DNA of 64,000 bases. Source: Antedon mediterranea (taxonomy: Eukaryota; Animalia; Echinodermata). The notes under the pieces were generated by a model. That model had not been told where the DNA came from. It ran no database searches and saw nothing but the letters and a program-made list of their open reading frames with translations. The DNA is taken from NCBI RefSeq assembly GCF_964355755.1, contig NC_092672.1:18427237-18491236 (forward strand), given 5' to 3'. Position 1 is the stretch's first letter; each line of letters starts with the position of its first letter. Below, in pieces: positions 11,680 to 25,200 of this stretch. A program made the position numbers and the translations under genes.

Positions 11680-12990
11680 ATCGTGTATGCGAGCTCACCC
11701 ACAAACGAAGCAATGTGAGATAGAGATTGCTGAAACACTGAAGCACGCTCCCAACAGACCACTTTGGCTGACAACTTAAAGAAGATCGACGATGAGTTTG
11801 AAGCTATAACATTAATGGACACATCTAAGCCATGTAAACAATCCAGGAAAATGAGGCATTTATGGATACTCACTGTTGTATTGGACACTATCAATTCAGC
11901 ATAAAAAAGTGTGGGACTGAATAATGTGTGTGTGGTGCCCCAAGAACTCCACCCGACATCTTTAATGATCTTTACCATTTGCCATTTCCAGTGCCTCAAA
12001 ATGATCACTACAAACCCTTTGAGGTAAGAGTAAATTTGAGGTGTACAGTATTCATAACAATAAATTCAATGTATGGTTTATTTTAATTCCTTTCCTGCAA
12101 TTCTTAATTTTTTTTTCTTCTTCTTCTTTTAATCCAGGAAATGTATGGAAAGAAGGATAGTGAAATGCATGTACCGTCCAAGATAGACAAAGCCAACAAG
12201 CATCATAGTATGCCATTCGCTCCATCAGGACAGAAAGTCCGCAATGTTAATATGGTAGTACAAGTAGGTGGGTGGAGTGGAGCTGTAGCTTGGTGGTTAA
12301 CGTGCTTGCCTTCCAATCCCAAGGTCCCGGGTTCAATCCTGACCTAGTGCAGGGTTGTAACTCATGACTCTTTCAACTCCACTCCCTAAGCCTCAAATGA
12401 GACTTAGTTTATAAATAAGCACGATAAATTATTAAATAGTTTATCCATCCTGTAATTGACGAGTTACTCGCTGTTGGATGAGTATGAAGAAAAAAAAAAA
12501 ATAATAATAATTTTCTCCTCTTAGTATATATTTGAATTGAGAGAATAATGGGAGACGTTTGTTCCCTTGGCTTGAAAACAGCACATTTATATATATATAT
12601 TTTTTTTTAGTGTGGTGAATGTCTCAAGTGGCGCGTATGTTACACTGCAAAGGTCTTTAAGGTTGAAAAGAGACAGCAGCTTGAAAGAGCATTAGAGTTG
12701 ATTTCATATTCATGCGGATCATGTTTCCAAGACATTGAAGATGAAGAAAATGACATCTTTAACACAGTTTTTGTTAATGACAAGCTCACATGCAAATGCC
12801 CATTGAGGTTCCCTACTACAACACATTTACAGATGTGCTATGTTTCTATTGTGGAAATGAGCAAGATAACATCGAAATTCCAAATCATTTTCCGATTTGC
12901 AATCTGTGCAGGAAACAGGGAAAAGTTGAAAAGAAAAAAGTCAAAAGAGCATTTGCTGGTCAGCAAGATGACTTTTGTGTTCTATCTTTA
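11680..12990 (+). pseudogene. C-terminal exons of a DNA-transposon protein, Sola3-like
   Basis: Spliced, frameshifted pieces YQFSIKKCG..LPFPVP..HYKPFE / EMYG..PFAPSGQ / CGECLKWR..YSCG..PIEVPYY..CFYCG..FPICNLC; followed by TIR-like sequence to ~13500; subgroup assignment from memory of the motifs. Confidence 0.55.
12270..12510 (+). mobile_element. tRNA-derived SINE in an intron
   Basis: Box A TAGCTTGGTGG, box B GGTTCAATCC, A/TAA-rich tail. Confidence 0.75.
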
Positions 12991-14068
12991 TCTTTTTAAA
13001 AGATGTATTTGTCCTCCAACTAGATTAGGCTATTTGGCAGTTTTAATAAAGTTAATCATTTGCGAGAAAAAAAACCCCAAAAAATATGTTATCACATTCA
13101 ATAGAGCGCATCTCCGTTATTTGAGCCCGATTTTTGCAGATATTTTAGTATGTGCTTGCTCAATTAATTATCTTTCTTGTGAGTTGTCAACATTTTTATT
13201 GTGATGACGTCATCACGCGTAAAAACTTGAATAACCTAGGTCGTGTAATTTCAGCTACACCATACATTTGAATATCTTATAGCTCCTCAGAATTAAAGGT
13301 GACCTTGAAGATTATAATTTATTATGAAAGCTGATGAAATGTAGATATGAATTCATATCAAAATTAAGCCTATCGGATGTTGTGATGTTATCATATGGCC
13401 AGTTGAAGTTAAAAAGTAGTTTTTAAATTTCTTTAGTCGAAGTTATACAAATTTCAAAGAGCGCGCATTGCGCTTCTACGTGTCAAATTCTCTTCCAATC
13501 CTTATATTTATTTGCTCAATTCATTATCTTTCGAAATTGTCATCTTCGAGTTTATTTTGATAATTCCATCATACCAAAAAATTTGAACTTGATGTGTGTC
13601 CCATAATTTCACCTATGCTACACTGTATATAGATATACAGTATATACTGTACATTGTATATGGCATATAATAGGCATAACTCAGCACTATAAGCGTATAA
13701 TAGGATGGCATACATCAACATTTTCCTATCATATGTTAACGTACGTACATGTTTAAAAAAAATTAATTTCATTAAAATGATAAAAATGATCACCTATAAT
13801 TCGTCAAAGTGACGAATTAAATTCTAGTTAAATATATATTTTGTAAATGTTGTCATTGAATCGGTTGAATATTTTGGTTTTAAAGTAAGTTTTTACTTCT
13901 TTCAAATATAGGTATCCTGTAGATATTGTCATGAAGGGTGGCAAAGTTTATCACGTACCCGAAGACGTTGAATTTAATGTTAGTATGGAGCTTCCATTTA
14001 TTGCATAAATCATAATTGTTAATAAGGGTATTTTACAGTTAAACAGGGTATTTTACAGTTAAACAAAA

Positions 14069-14223
14069 CTTTAACCTGAGTTCTTAACCATCCAAATATG
14101 TGAACATTGTATAAATCATAATTCTTAATAAGGGTAACTTTCATTTAAACAAAACTTCTAAGTTCTAACAATTATGATTTATACAATATTCACATTTTTG
14201 GATGGTTTAGAACTCAGGTTAAA
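14069..14223. repeat. ~54-bp-arm inverted repeat
   Basis: TTTAACCTGAGTTCTTAACCATCCAAA..ATAAATCATAATT vs AATTATGATTTAT..TTTGGATGGTTTAGAACTCAGGTTAAA. Confidence 0.8.
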
Positions 14224-14754
14224 AAATGTGAATAGTTTATAGTGAATATAATAGTGTATAATCAATGTTAATAATTTATAGCATTTTTTGGGGTTTTTGA
14301 ATTTAATACATTTTTATTTAAAAAATAAGTTAAACACCATAAATATTTTTTATCATCTGAAGATATCTATATAAATAAATAGTGTAAGATTATTGTGTAG
14401 GTACACAGCATTAGGTTTTTTATTTGAAGTAAACATTAAAAACAATGTGAAAGGATAGGCCTAAACCATGGTAGAAAAGAAATATCATTATTGGGTTTTA
14501 CAACTGCAAATCAATTTTTTTTTTATACTTAGTAGTTATAGTGGTACTGTATATTGAATAAAAGTATACGGTCGTTGAATGGATGATATTGCATTTGTTA
14601 TTTTTGTTGTTTAATATACTAGCCAATTTGTCAATACTATTAAGAAATCTTACTAGGAATTGCTACTGCTATTTTTTGTTTGTGATATCAGTGGGTGCTG
14701 GCAATGCTGGCAAGGAGAGAAAGCAAAGGTGTTATCAAGATTGTTTACGTAATC

Positions 14755-15468
14755 TAATGTCGCCCTCTATGATGGGTGTTTCTAAGGCTTAGACCATACA
14801 GAGAGAAAACCGCACGCGCAAAAGCCAAGAAAAGCCCTACAAAATGGTAGTGTGCATAAAATACAACTCAAAATCGTACAAATTGAATGATATACACTGT
14901 AGACTAAATTTATTTACAAAATCTATAAACACACTTCGGATTTAGTCTTTAGATTTTCAAAAACAAAGCATGATTTGACTTAACTTTGCGTTTTCGTCAT
15001 TTAAGTTTATACTGAAGTGATTTAGGATAAAAATGTTATTTACTCGACTACGGTAATTTTACTGAATAGATTTTATTGAATCCTTTGTCGTGAGCTTATT
15101 TTAAGTATACTTTATAGTACCTAATATTATCAATATTCTTAAAAATATCATTTTTGTATTATTTAAAATGATCAAGATTAACCATAGTCAATTTACTTTC
15201 TATACTATGGATTAACGTATTCACAATTATTGTAAGGAGTAAATGAGTTGGATCAAAAATCGAAAGACTAAAATTAACATATTTTTATAGGTTCTGTAAG
15301 TAAATGCGATGTTATCATTGATTGATTGTACAATTTTTAGTTGTATTTTGTGCACACTATCATTTCGTAGGGTCTTCCTTGGCTTTTGTGCACGCAGTCT
15401 TCTCTCTGTTATGGTCTTAGCTCGGTCCTCTTAGCTCTAGAAACACCCATCAGTAGAGGGCGACATTA
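14755..15468. mobile_element. Foldback MITE with long imperfect TIRs
   Basis: TAATGTCGCCCTCTATGATGGGTGTTTCTA... vs ...TAGAAACACCCATCAGTAGAGGGCGACATTA; complementarity extends >150 bp. Confidence 0.8.
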
Positions 15469-16899
15469 AAAATTGATATACAAATTTGTTTTCGGTATTT
15501 AGATTATTATTTATTTTGTTTTCGGTTGTTTTTGGTTGTTTTCAGCTGTTTATGGTTGTTTTTCGGTTATTTTCGGTAATTAGACTGACTGCTGATGACT
15601 ATTTGGTGCAAAATTAAATCATGAAGACGTAGTTGTGAATTGATTGTTATTGACTTATTACAACACATAGTGGGCGCTATATATTTTTTTTAAATGTTAT
15701 TGTCTCCAAGTGGAAAAGTTGAAGCAAATAATCAGGTCACGAATTAAGAGTTATCGAATGGAACGTCTATCCAAATTTTGATAATATGTTAGTTATTGAG
15801 GGCACGCAACTTAAAGGCGATGCACATACTATTAGTCCAGTCCCTAAGGGGAAATGATGTTACCATAGTGGATACAAGTGTGCCCTTTGGCATGTTGATA
15901 GAACATGATATGGAGATACCAAAACAAAGTTACTGGAAATCTGATTTGACCTCTGTGACCTCTGACCTCAATTTTTATATTTCTATCTTAAACAGCCATA
16001 TCTCCGCAACGGGTTTGACAATTGAAATGATATTGGTGTCTAAATAGATCAGAGGGTACATATTTATATTCGCTCTAATAGAACTTTTTTCAAAAAAACG
16101 ACCGGAAATGTAATTTCTCAATGTTTTGACCTTTGACCTCGGCTTACTATATCTCAATAACTACTGGTCAAAATTTCTTGAAATTTGTTTCAAATTGTTA
16201 AGAGCATACATATTTATATATACTCTAATTAAACATGTTCTTCCAAATCCACAGGAAATGTAATTTACTGACCTTTGACCTTTAATGTTTAAATATGTCT
16301 GTATCTCTGTAACCAAATGTCATAAAAAGTTCAACTTGGTGTCAAAATGTTCAAAATGTAAACATTTATATTAGCACTAATAGAAGATGTTATCATATTT
16401 TTACTGGAAATGCCAGTTTGAGGTATGACCAGGATATACTGTTAAGCGTGCGTGTGTCATACTTGTAATAATATACCTAAAATATAGATTTAATGGACCA
16501 GAACTACATTCAATATCCTATTTAGCCTTTTACAATTTTCTTAAAACTTAATGTTTAATTTAATTTCAATATATAATTCCATCGCATGGTAGGCCTACAC
16601 CGTAAGAGCAACACTTAATATCAACAAAAAATTAGATAAACTTAAAAGTTAAATAACAATAAAAAAAAAAATAAAAAAATCAGGATCTTAAAGAAAGAAA
16701 AGAAGAATTAACCAATGCGATTTGATACTCATAAAACATATGACCTAATTATCAATTAATTGCTTGAAGTATGCTGAAAAAATAAAATGTTTGAAACAGT
16801 GAGGAAAAAGCGAAGAAAAGAAAAACATATGTTTAAAATATTAGAAATCTGAAAAGGATCAAAGACAAATTAATTACAAAGCTGATTTCTTTTCAAGAA

Positions 16900-17900
16900 C
16901 ATACTGTAGTGGAATATAAAAGGAAAACAAACCAGTGAGCAGTCAAAATTACCATCTTGGCTTGATGAGGCAATAACACATCCAGCTCATAACACTAACA
17001 AAATCTTTGAAACCAGAAGAAATTAAGAGAAGCAATGATAATTATACTTTAATCCACAAAAACATGACAAAACTGACATCAACCATTACCGACCAAACGA
17101 ACATTATCACATGTACACAAATAATTTACAAAAGTAATAAAAAAACAAAATCTAGAAGTAAATAAACCAATATATAAGGCTTTATACAGTAGGACCATCT
17201 TATACAGTTTGTCAATCAACTAAAATAAAAAGGAAATGAATATCACCAAATCTTTGATTTAGAGATTATCAGAAAGCATTTGACTCAATAAAACAGGCAT
17301 TACCATATTAGAGGGAAATATTATACCTCAACAAATATTGATTACGATCGTTCAAAGAGAAGTTAAGGAAGATTAGTAAGACAAGGCGACACTTAAGATC
17401 TTCACTGCATTGGAAGAGGTGTTTAATCAAAGAGCTAATTTAAAAAATAGAGTAAATAATTTGGATGTGAACGCTCAATTATGTCCGGATGATGTTTTTT
17501 TTCTGGACAATTATTGCTGCTTGGATTTAGAAGTAAATCCAAGGAAGGATAGCCAGTTATTTTATGAGGGTAATCCAATTAACAACCCAGCGGGTGGCCT
17601 TTAGCCTCATTTGCACCAATGAAATTGAAGAATTTTTTAACCCATTTCATTTTCATATTTAACATTTGAATTGCAAAGAATATGGTCATTCTTCATTGTG
17701 TACCCCATAAAATGTCCTAAAAAATTAAATGAACTATGTCTGACGAAGACAGAGGTAGAAGATATTAGAAGATGGTAGGCCTAAAATTTTTACTATACTG
17801 AAAAATAGAATACAAAATTTAACACAGAAAGTAAAATGACCAATTGTTTGTAATCAGAAGTTAAAAGTAAACAACATACGGGATAAATAAAAGAAATAGA
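16900..17900 (+). pseudogene. Heavily decayed RTE-like LINE RT fragment inside the Academ element
   Basis: Residual motifs DKTDINHYRP, DYQKAFDSI, VRQGDT, ALEEVF in the expected order. Confidence 0.6.
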
Positions 17901-18348
17901 TGATTTTTTTTTACATAAAATAGCATTTAAAATCTCCAATACCAGGATTTTATGAAATTTAATTAACTAGACATAATTGTACCAAAGAACGGGATTTGTC
18001 AAGGTTAGTCCAGTTAGTAGAAAATTGTTAAATCCACTTCTTCTAGACATAGTTCCATGTGAACCCCACTATTGACTTCCAGCCTATTTTTTGCTTTGAA
18101 TTACAGTTATTTTGGGTATGCACTATATCATTTTTTTTCAATCCAATTTTTGGTGAAACTATTATGTGTGACATTAAAATTGCATATTCAACAAAAATAT
18201 TTGTCAAAATTACTTTTGTCAGGGGGAAAATAAGTATATCTTTAATACACCCATCCTCTGGGACTTATTTTCAAATGTAGCTAAAAACTTTCCAGTACAA
18301 TTCCGGTCAATTTGATGTGTATAGATGCATGCAGTAGCATTGGAAAAG

Positions 18349-18607
18349 CGAGAGAGGGGGAGGTGGTTGGGGTGATGGAGAGACACATATTTTTTACATG
18401 TTTGTCTACACTATAAACTAGTTTAACAAAAAAGGTGTGATGTGCCCAAATATGGTAGTGATATGTCATTCATCGTGTCCATATATGGGCACATCACATT
18501 TTTTTGTCGCATAAAAATGTTATAGTGTAGACAGAGTTTAACATTTGTGTAACATGTAACAAAAATATGTGTCTCTCCATCCACCCCAACCCCCTCCCCT
18601 CTCTCGA
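18349..18607. repeat. ~260-bp imperfect palindrome (foldback MITE)
   Basis: CGAGAGAGGGGGAGG..GATGGAGAGACACATATTTTT..GTGATGTGCCCA vs TGGGCACATCAC..AAAAATATGTGTCTCTCCATC..CCCCTCTCTCG. Confidence 0.8.
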
Positions 18608-19271
18608 TCTCTTTTTATAGATTATTAATTGCTAAATATATGCAAAACGATGGGTCATAGCTCAAAATGACATTTCCAATTGAATTCTGACAAAATATTT
18701 TGTTAGAGCAAATATAAATGTGTATATTCTAAACAATTTGACACCAAACTGAACTTTTTGGGACAAATAGTTACCGAGATATTGACATATTCAAACATTA
18801 GAGGTCAAGGGTCAAAAAAGCTTAATTTATGGTAATTTTTTGAAAAAAGTTTCTATTAGACTAAATATTAGATTTATTTTCTTAACATTTTGAGCCCATT
18901 CTCAAATCTCTGAGATTGCGTGTTATTGAGATATTAGGCAATCAAGGTCAAAGGTCAAACTGAAAAATAAAGCCTTTGCGGCCATTTTTGTACAATTATT
19001 TTCATTATAGCGAATATAAATATATATCTTCCAAGCATTTTGAAAAAAAAAATAAATGTAAAATGTCTCTGCGTTGTCAAGATATGGCGATTTTTAGTTA
19101 TATAATAGAAAAATATATAAATTGAGGTCAGAGGTCACAGAGGTCAAATCAGATTTCCAGTAACTTTGTTTTGGCATCTCCACACTATACTCTACCAAAC
19201 TGCTATACTGAAATATTTGTATCCAGTCTGGTAACATCCCACCCCTTTTTCTCCCCTTAGGGACTGGACTA

Positions 19272-19530
19272 TATACATAATATGTTAGTTATTGAGGGCA
19301 CGCAACTTAAAGGCGATGCACATACTATACATAATATGTTAGTTATTGAGGGCACGCAACTTAAAGGCGATGCACATACTATACATAATATGTTAGTTAT
19401 TGAGGGCACGCAACTTAAAGGCGATGCACATACTATACATAATATGTTAGTTATTGAGGGCACGCAACTTAAAGGCGATGCACATACTATACATAATATG
19501 TTAGTTATTGAGGGCACGCAACTTAAAGGC
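19272..19530. repeat. 54-bp minisatellite (~4.7 units here plus one unit at 15781-15832)
   Basis: ACATAATATGTTAGTTATTGAGGGCACGCAACTTAAAGGCGATGCACATACTAT, split by the Academ insertion. Confidence 0.95.
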
Positions 19531-19626
19531 ATATTTTCTCCAAATATATGAATAATAAGGAATAATATGTTGTTGTCACCTCATATTTGTGTTATGTCAT
19601 AATTTTTACCCATAATTCCTTGCTCC

Positions 19627-20935
19627 TGTTAGAGCATGTTGTTTCTGCTGTGTGTAGCAGATGAGAATAATGATTGAATAAATCGTAGACAGACGTTGAA
19701 AACAATCGTAGTATCATTTATTATCGATCAGTATGACTACAAATCCTACAGGTTATGGGCCCAGTAGGTTCCAAAGGCTGCTATTCAGTGGAGATCCAGA
19801 CGAATATGAAATCTGGGAAACGAAATTATTAGCCTACCTAGTGACCAAGAAACTTGAAAAGTACATAACATCGGACGCCCCAACAGGCGAACCGAGAGAA
19901 GCACCAGGCGAAAAACTCTTAATCTCTATACAGTACTCCTAAAGGGATTACCGACCCAGAAATTTAAACCATTTTCGATCCATATTACACAATCTAACGA
20001 CGATATTTCCATGAGAAAATTCAAAGCTGTTAAGAGGATTTGAGAAAACCGAGTGTTTTGATGAACCAGACGATACAGGCATAGGCCTAGAGAAAGCTGA
20101 GGACACAGTCATGAAAATAACAAACCTATCATGTTATGGTTGCGGCTCTACCAAACACTTAGTAAAGCAGTGCGATCCGATGCAAATACCATAAAGGAGC
20201 AAAACACCTCGAAGATGAATGCTACAGGCATTCAAAAGACAAAGTTAAAACAAACCACACCTACCATTTTTGCGTTAGTGAGGAGAGCAAGAAAGATGCC
20301 ATGATTGTGGACACAGGAGCCACCTCGCACGCAATCAACAAGGACACGTTCATAAAAATTGACCCAAATTTTAAACCGACTCATCACTGCATCGAACTGG
20401 CCGACGGAACCAAAATGAAGGGAAGTGCTATAAAGTGAGGAGACGCAGAAATAAACATCATCAACAACAAAGGCAAAAATGTGAGGGCAACACTCTCAAA
20501 CGCCCTCTATTGTCCAACCTACCCACAGAGCATCTTTAGCGTGAAACGGGCCACAGAAAACGGGGCAGAACTAACATTTAAAGAGGAAGGTAGTTGGATG
20601 AAGAAAGGCAGCTCAACATTTGACCTTGAAGTCGCAGATGGTCTTTACCATCTGAAAGTAGGTGAAAACACAGACAAAATGAACTTCTCTATTGACCATT
20701 GGCACAAAGTATTGGGACACTGCAACAAAAAGGACATACTTAACCTTGAAAATGTTGTAGATGGAATGAAAATTGATAAACTACCAAATAATGAATCTAC
20801 ATGTGATGTATGCATTAAAGGCAAATTTACAAACTCCCGAAACAGGGAAGCCGACAAAAAGGCAAATTACCCATTAGAATTAATCCACACAGACCTAGCC
20901 GGACCAATAGATCCGATTGGGAAGGATGGGTTTAT
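19627..20935 (+). mobile_element. Truncated Ty1/Copia element, GalEa-like
   Basis: LTR ending CCTACA (19750), PBS GGTTATGGGCCCAG, gag TGYGPS..LLFSGD..YEIWETK, knuckle CYGCGSTKHLVKQC, protease IVDTGATSH, WHKVLGH/CDVC, integrase start ELIHTDLAGP; frameshifted, RT missing; LTR start uncertain. Confidence 0.88.
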
Positions 20936-22020
20936 TATGTGCTTACGCGAGGTGTAAACTGAATCTCTGGCTTAGTTATTAAAACAACATTTTTTCCAAA
21001 CCTTAACGGAAATAAACTTGTTTAATTGTTTTTATGGGCTATTATCGTTAACTTTCTAACTGTTAAAAATGTTTTTTATTGTGTATTGCTATTGTAATAA
21101 TTATTTTTGGCCAAATGAATGAATTTACACGGGATACGTTCCTTTATTAGCGGGTAGGTAGTGTCGCCAACTTAGCCGGATAAACTAAGCATGCGAGTAC
21201 TGTATTTAGTCTTTTGGCTTGTAATAAAGCGCTACTAATAGTATACACAACACAATCATGTTTACGCTATGGATTTTTATTAAAACATTCTAGTCTTAAT
21301 TATAATTAAATTATATCAATCAAAACGCAATAACCAAAATAAGTAACACACGTTTTACACATTTTAATTTAAAAGGGCCACCTAAAACAGAACAAGCCGG
21401 CAATGACGACTTGTCGGACGGTCACACTGTAGTGGACCTTCAAATCAGCCTACAAGCGTTAGAAGATGTTATATTTGGGATGTACTCTGAGGTTCCGCTG
21501 GCGAGAGTAGGTTTCTCCTATAGACGTGCTACCCAGGGGAGAGCTCTTGAAAGGCCTGTTAAAACAATTTGTACAGTAATGGACCTTAAGGCATTTGTCC
21601 GAAAAGGGAAAATTTACCTACTCCCTGGACGAGATTTGGCGCAACAGGTAAATAGAAACAATTATTCAATATAACTTATATAACGATGATTTCTTGCACA
21701 TCCATAATCGATATTGTAAATTATACTTTGATGGGGGGAAATTTGTTTCCTCAATCAATGTCACAGCCGATGGTGTATCGATATGCCTCATACCTGGATA
21801 GTTTGACCATCATTGACAGATCAAAGGGAGGGGAAGGGGAAGGGAAGTTGAATACGCAGCCTTTAAATCGCGAAAAAATAATCCTACAATACAACTGCAT
21901 GCTCCTCAGTTTGAAATTGACATGTTGCGCCCCACTATACTTCAAAACTGAATCTTCCCTTGGATCATGTGTCTCACTGTGCGCTTTCACTTATTTATTT
22001 TTATCATAACTTACTGTAAG

Positions 22021-24598
22021 GGGTCATTCCATCTCAGTTCACCCAAAAAAAATGGAATTTTAAACCCTACCTCTTCCAATTTTGATGAAATTTGGTATAT
22101 GGGTGATTCATAGCAATTAAAGCCAAAATTTCAAATTTTAACTTTATCGGACCAACGGTTTTCGAGATATCGCAATTTCAATTTTCGGTTTTTACGCAAA
22201 AAAGCGCGCGGCCGCCACGTTTCAAAGAGCTGTATCTCTGGAACTATAGGTTCGATTTTAAAAACAAAGGTATTTTTGTAAAGGGGAGACCATAAGGAAC
22301 CTAAATATACTAATTGTGTGTGTTTTATGTTAATTTTAAGTTGAATAAAACTTTGACATATATTTTGACCTTGAAATTGACCCCGTGGAACACGCCCGAT
22401 TTGTTGGTGACTATCACGAAAAATGTAGCCCTACGTGTCAACTACAACATATAAAAAAATTGGAGGGGTTTTTTTCTTTGTTTCCATGAAATTACAATTT
22501 GAAGTTGACATACCTCTTCCTTTTAGTGTATTTTTGGTGTTGTTATACTTATACACAGTGTGAACACTAACTGTTAAGGTGTCTTATTGTTACGCTTTCT
22601 CATCAGGCCCACTTAAACAGTAGATATATTTTGATATGAGAAATACTGGGTAACTCAAATACTTTTCAAATCAATTTTGACACATAGTTTAGTGTCCTTA
22701 CTATGTTATTATGCACATTAACATATGCATAATAAGTGATTGCAGAGAACATACAACAGTCACTGTATATGCCTTTTTAAAGGTTGCCATCCCCTATATA
22801 AAAACAAAACTACCAACCATGAAAAAAGTTCATTATTCACAGATGGATGTGGCGGCCAATACAAAAACAAATATAACTTTATTAACCTTTGCCACCACCA
22901 GGAAGATTTTGGTTTAGACGCCGAGTGGAATTTTTTCGCTACATCACATGGCAAGAGTGCGTTTGATGGCATAGGTGGAACAGTTAAGAGGCTTGTCACT
23001 AAGAGAAGCTTACAGCGTTTGACTGAATGTCATATTATCACATCTCTCAGTATGTTCGACTACTGTGTAATTTTTTATTTTTATTTTATGTCTTTAGGCA
23101 ATGTGGCCAAGGATTATCAATGGTGAATTAATCACTGTCCTATCAGATAGGTGGTAATCCCCCTGATACAGGGGCTATTGTGTGAACCAGTTCACCGGGG
23201 TAACCCTCTACTCTTTTTCGAATAATGAACTGGGTTCTTTAAAGTACACACATGTTATAACTGTGTACACTGGACCTACAGTTTATAGTCCTTATCCGAG
23301 AAGACTTGTTCCACCACCAGAACGGAGCGAGTCGGCCTCGAACCCTTGCCGATGTTGTTGTTGGCTCTTTTAGGTACGGTAAACGGCGCCCCTGCCTTAA
23401 CCGCTCGGCCATATGACTCGCTCATATGGACATTCCAGGCATCAACTTTTTTCATGTGGGAATAGATGAGGTATCTACTGTGGAAAAAGAAATAAAGCCG
23501 AGATTCAACCTCGCCCAGACCATCAAGGGTACATTACAATATCATCGCTTTGTTCCCGTTTCTCTGGCACAGATGCAGGTCTACAAACTTAGTACCCAGA
23601 TAAACCCTCCGGATGTGGTAGTGATTCAAGAATCTTTCAGTGATGAAAATGAAATTGTTGCTGATACACAACCCACCATTATTAGAATTCAGAATTTTGT
23701 GTGCTGTAGTTATGATGGTGTCCCATGGATTGGTTTGGTGGTGGATGTCTCACTCTCAGAAGAGTTTGGGGATTTTCAAATTAAATTTATGCATCCTCAT
23801 GGGTCAGCGAAAACCTTTTATTGGCCGTCCAAAGAAGACTGTTGTTGGATTCCTGAATCAAATGTACATTGTATTATAGCCTCTCCGTTTATAAAATCCT
23901 CTTCGACTAGGAATTAAAGTATTTCCCAAAATGATCGCCACAACATTTCTAAATACTGTTTGAATTGTCCAGATGACAAGGAGTAAAGGCCAGACATAGA
24001 CAATTGTAACATTATAATAATATTTAGTTTGTAAATAAAATTAATTTTGGAATACATCAAATTGACATTGAAGTAATGCATGGACAGACACCAAAAATAC
24101 ACTAAAAGGAAGAGGTATGTCAACTTCAAATTGTAATTTCATGGAAACAAAGAAAAAAACCCCTCCAATTTTTTTATATGTTGTAGTTGACACGTAGGGC
24201 TACATTTTTCATGATAGTCACCAACAAAACGGGCGTGTTCCACGGGGGAAATTTCAAGGTCAAAATATATGTCAAAGTTTTATTCAACTTAAAATTAACA
24301 TAAAACACACACAATTAGTATATTTAGATTCCTTATGGTCTCCCCTTTACAAAAATACCTTTGCTTTTAAAATCGAACCTATAGTTCCCGAGATACAGCT
24401 CTTTGAAACGTGGCGGACGCGCCCTTTTTTGCGTAAAAACCGAAAATTGAAATTGCGATATCTTGAAAACCGTTGGTCCGATAAAGTTAAAATTTGAAAT
24501 TTTGGCTTTAATTGCTATGAATCACCCATATACCAACTTTCATCAAAATTGGAAGAGGTAGGGTTTAACTCATTGGGTGATCTGAGATGGAATGACCC
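22021..24598 (+). mobile_element. Sola2 DNA transposon, deletion derivative, copy 1
   Basis: ~510-bp TIRs starting GGGTCATTCCATCTCAG, 4-bp TSD TAAG, partial transposase (TDGCGGQYKN, WNFFATSHGKS.DGIGGTVKR) with frameshift and stop. Confidence 0.92.
23069..23423 (-). mobile_element. tRNA-derived SINE with Deu/Nin-like core inside Sola2 copy 1
   Basis: Minus strand: GAGCGAGTC/GACTCGCTC stem, box A TGGCCGAGCGG, box B GGTTCGAGGCC, core TCGGATAAGGACTATAAAC..TAAAGAACCC..TCGAAAAAGAG, (TAAAA)n tail. Confidence 0.8.
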
Positions 24599-24640
24599 TA
24601 AGATTCTTTTTTAATATTTAATGACAATTTTTAACTTTAG

Positions 24641-25115
24641 AATAGTCTTAACAGTCTTACACCTTAATAGTCTTAACAGTCTTACACCTTAACAGTCTTA
24701 ACAGTCTTACACCTTAACAGTCTTACACCTTAACAGTCTTACACCTTAACAGTCTTACACCTTAACAGTCTTACACCTTAACAGTCTTACACCTTAACAG
24801 TCTTACACCTTAACAGTCTTACACCTTAACAGTCTTACACCTTAACAGTCTTACACCTTAACAGTCTTACACCTTAACAGTCTTACACCTTAACAGTCTT
24901 ACACCTTAACAGTCTTACACCTTAACAGTCTTACACCTTAACAGTCTTACACCTTAACAGTCTTACACCTTAACAGTCTTACACCTTAACAGTCTTACAC
25001 CTTAACAGTCTTACACCTTAACAGTCTTACACCTTAACAGTCTTACACCTTAACAGTCTTACACCTTAACAGTCTTACACCTTAACAGTCTTACACCTTA
25101 ACAGTCTTACACCTT
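24641..25115. repeat. 16-bp minisatellite (TTAACAGTCTTACACC)n, ~29 units
   Basis: Directly visible, nearly perfect. Confidence 0.97.
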
Positions 25116-25200
25116 CCCGTGGAGTTGGACGGCCGAGAGTAGTTGAGGTGAGTCTACGTTTTCTTATGTGCGTTTTAAATTTCTCTCTTAAACAACTATT

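Larger units (their letters stand above)
15833..19271. mobile_element. Non-autonomous Academ-type DNA transposon
   Basis: Perfect 20-bp termini TAGTCCAGTCCCTAAGGGGA / TCCCCTTAGGGACTGGACTA, long imperfect TIRs, 3-bp TSD TAT (15830-15832, 19272-19274). Confidence 0.85.

Noticed and set aside
13659-13671. TATGGCATATAAT as left TIR partner of the end at 37704
   Set aside because: Only 13 bp in low-complexity DNA and flanks do not form a TSD (ATTGTA vs CAGAAA)
19269-19551. Repetitive ORFs on both strands
   Set aside because: Artefact of a stop-free 54-bp minisatellite
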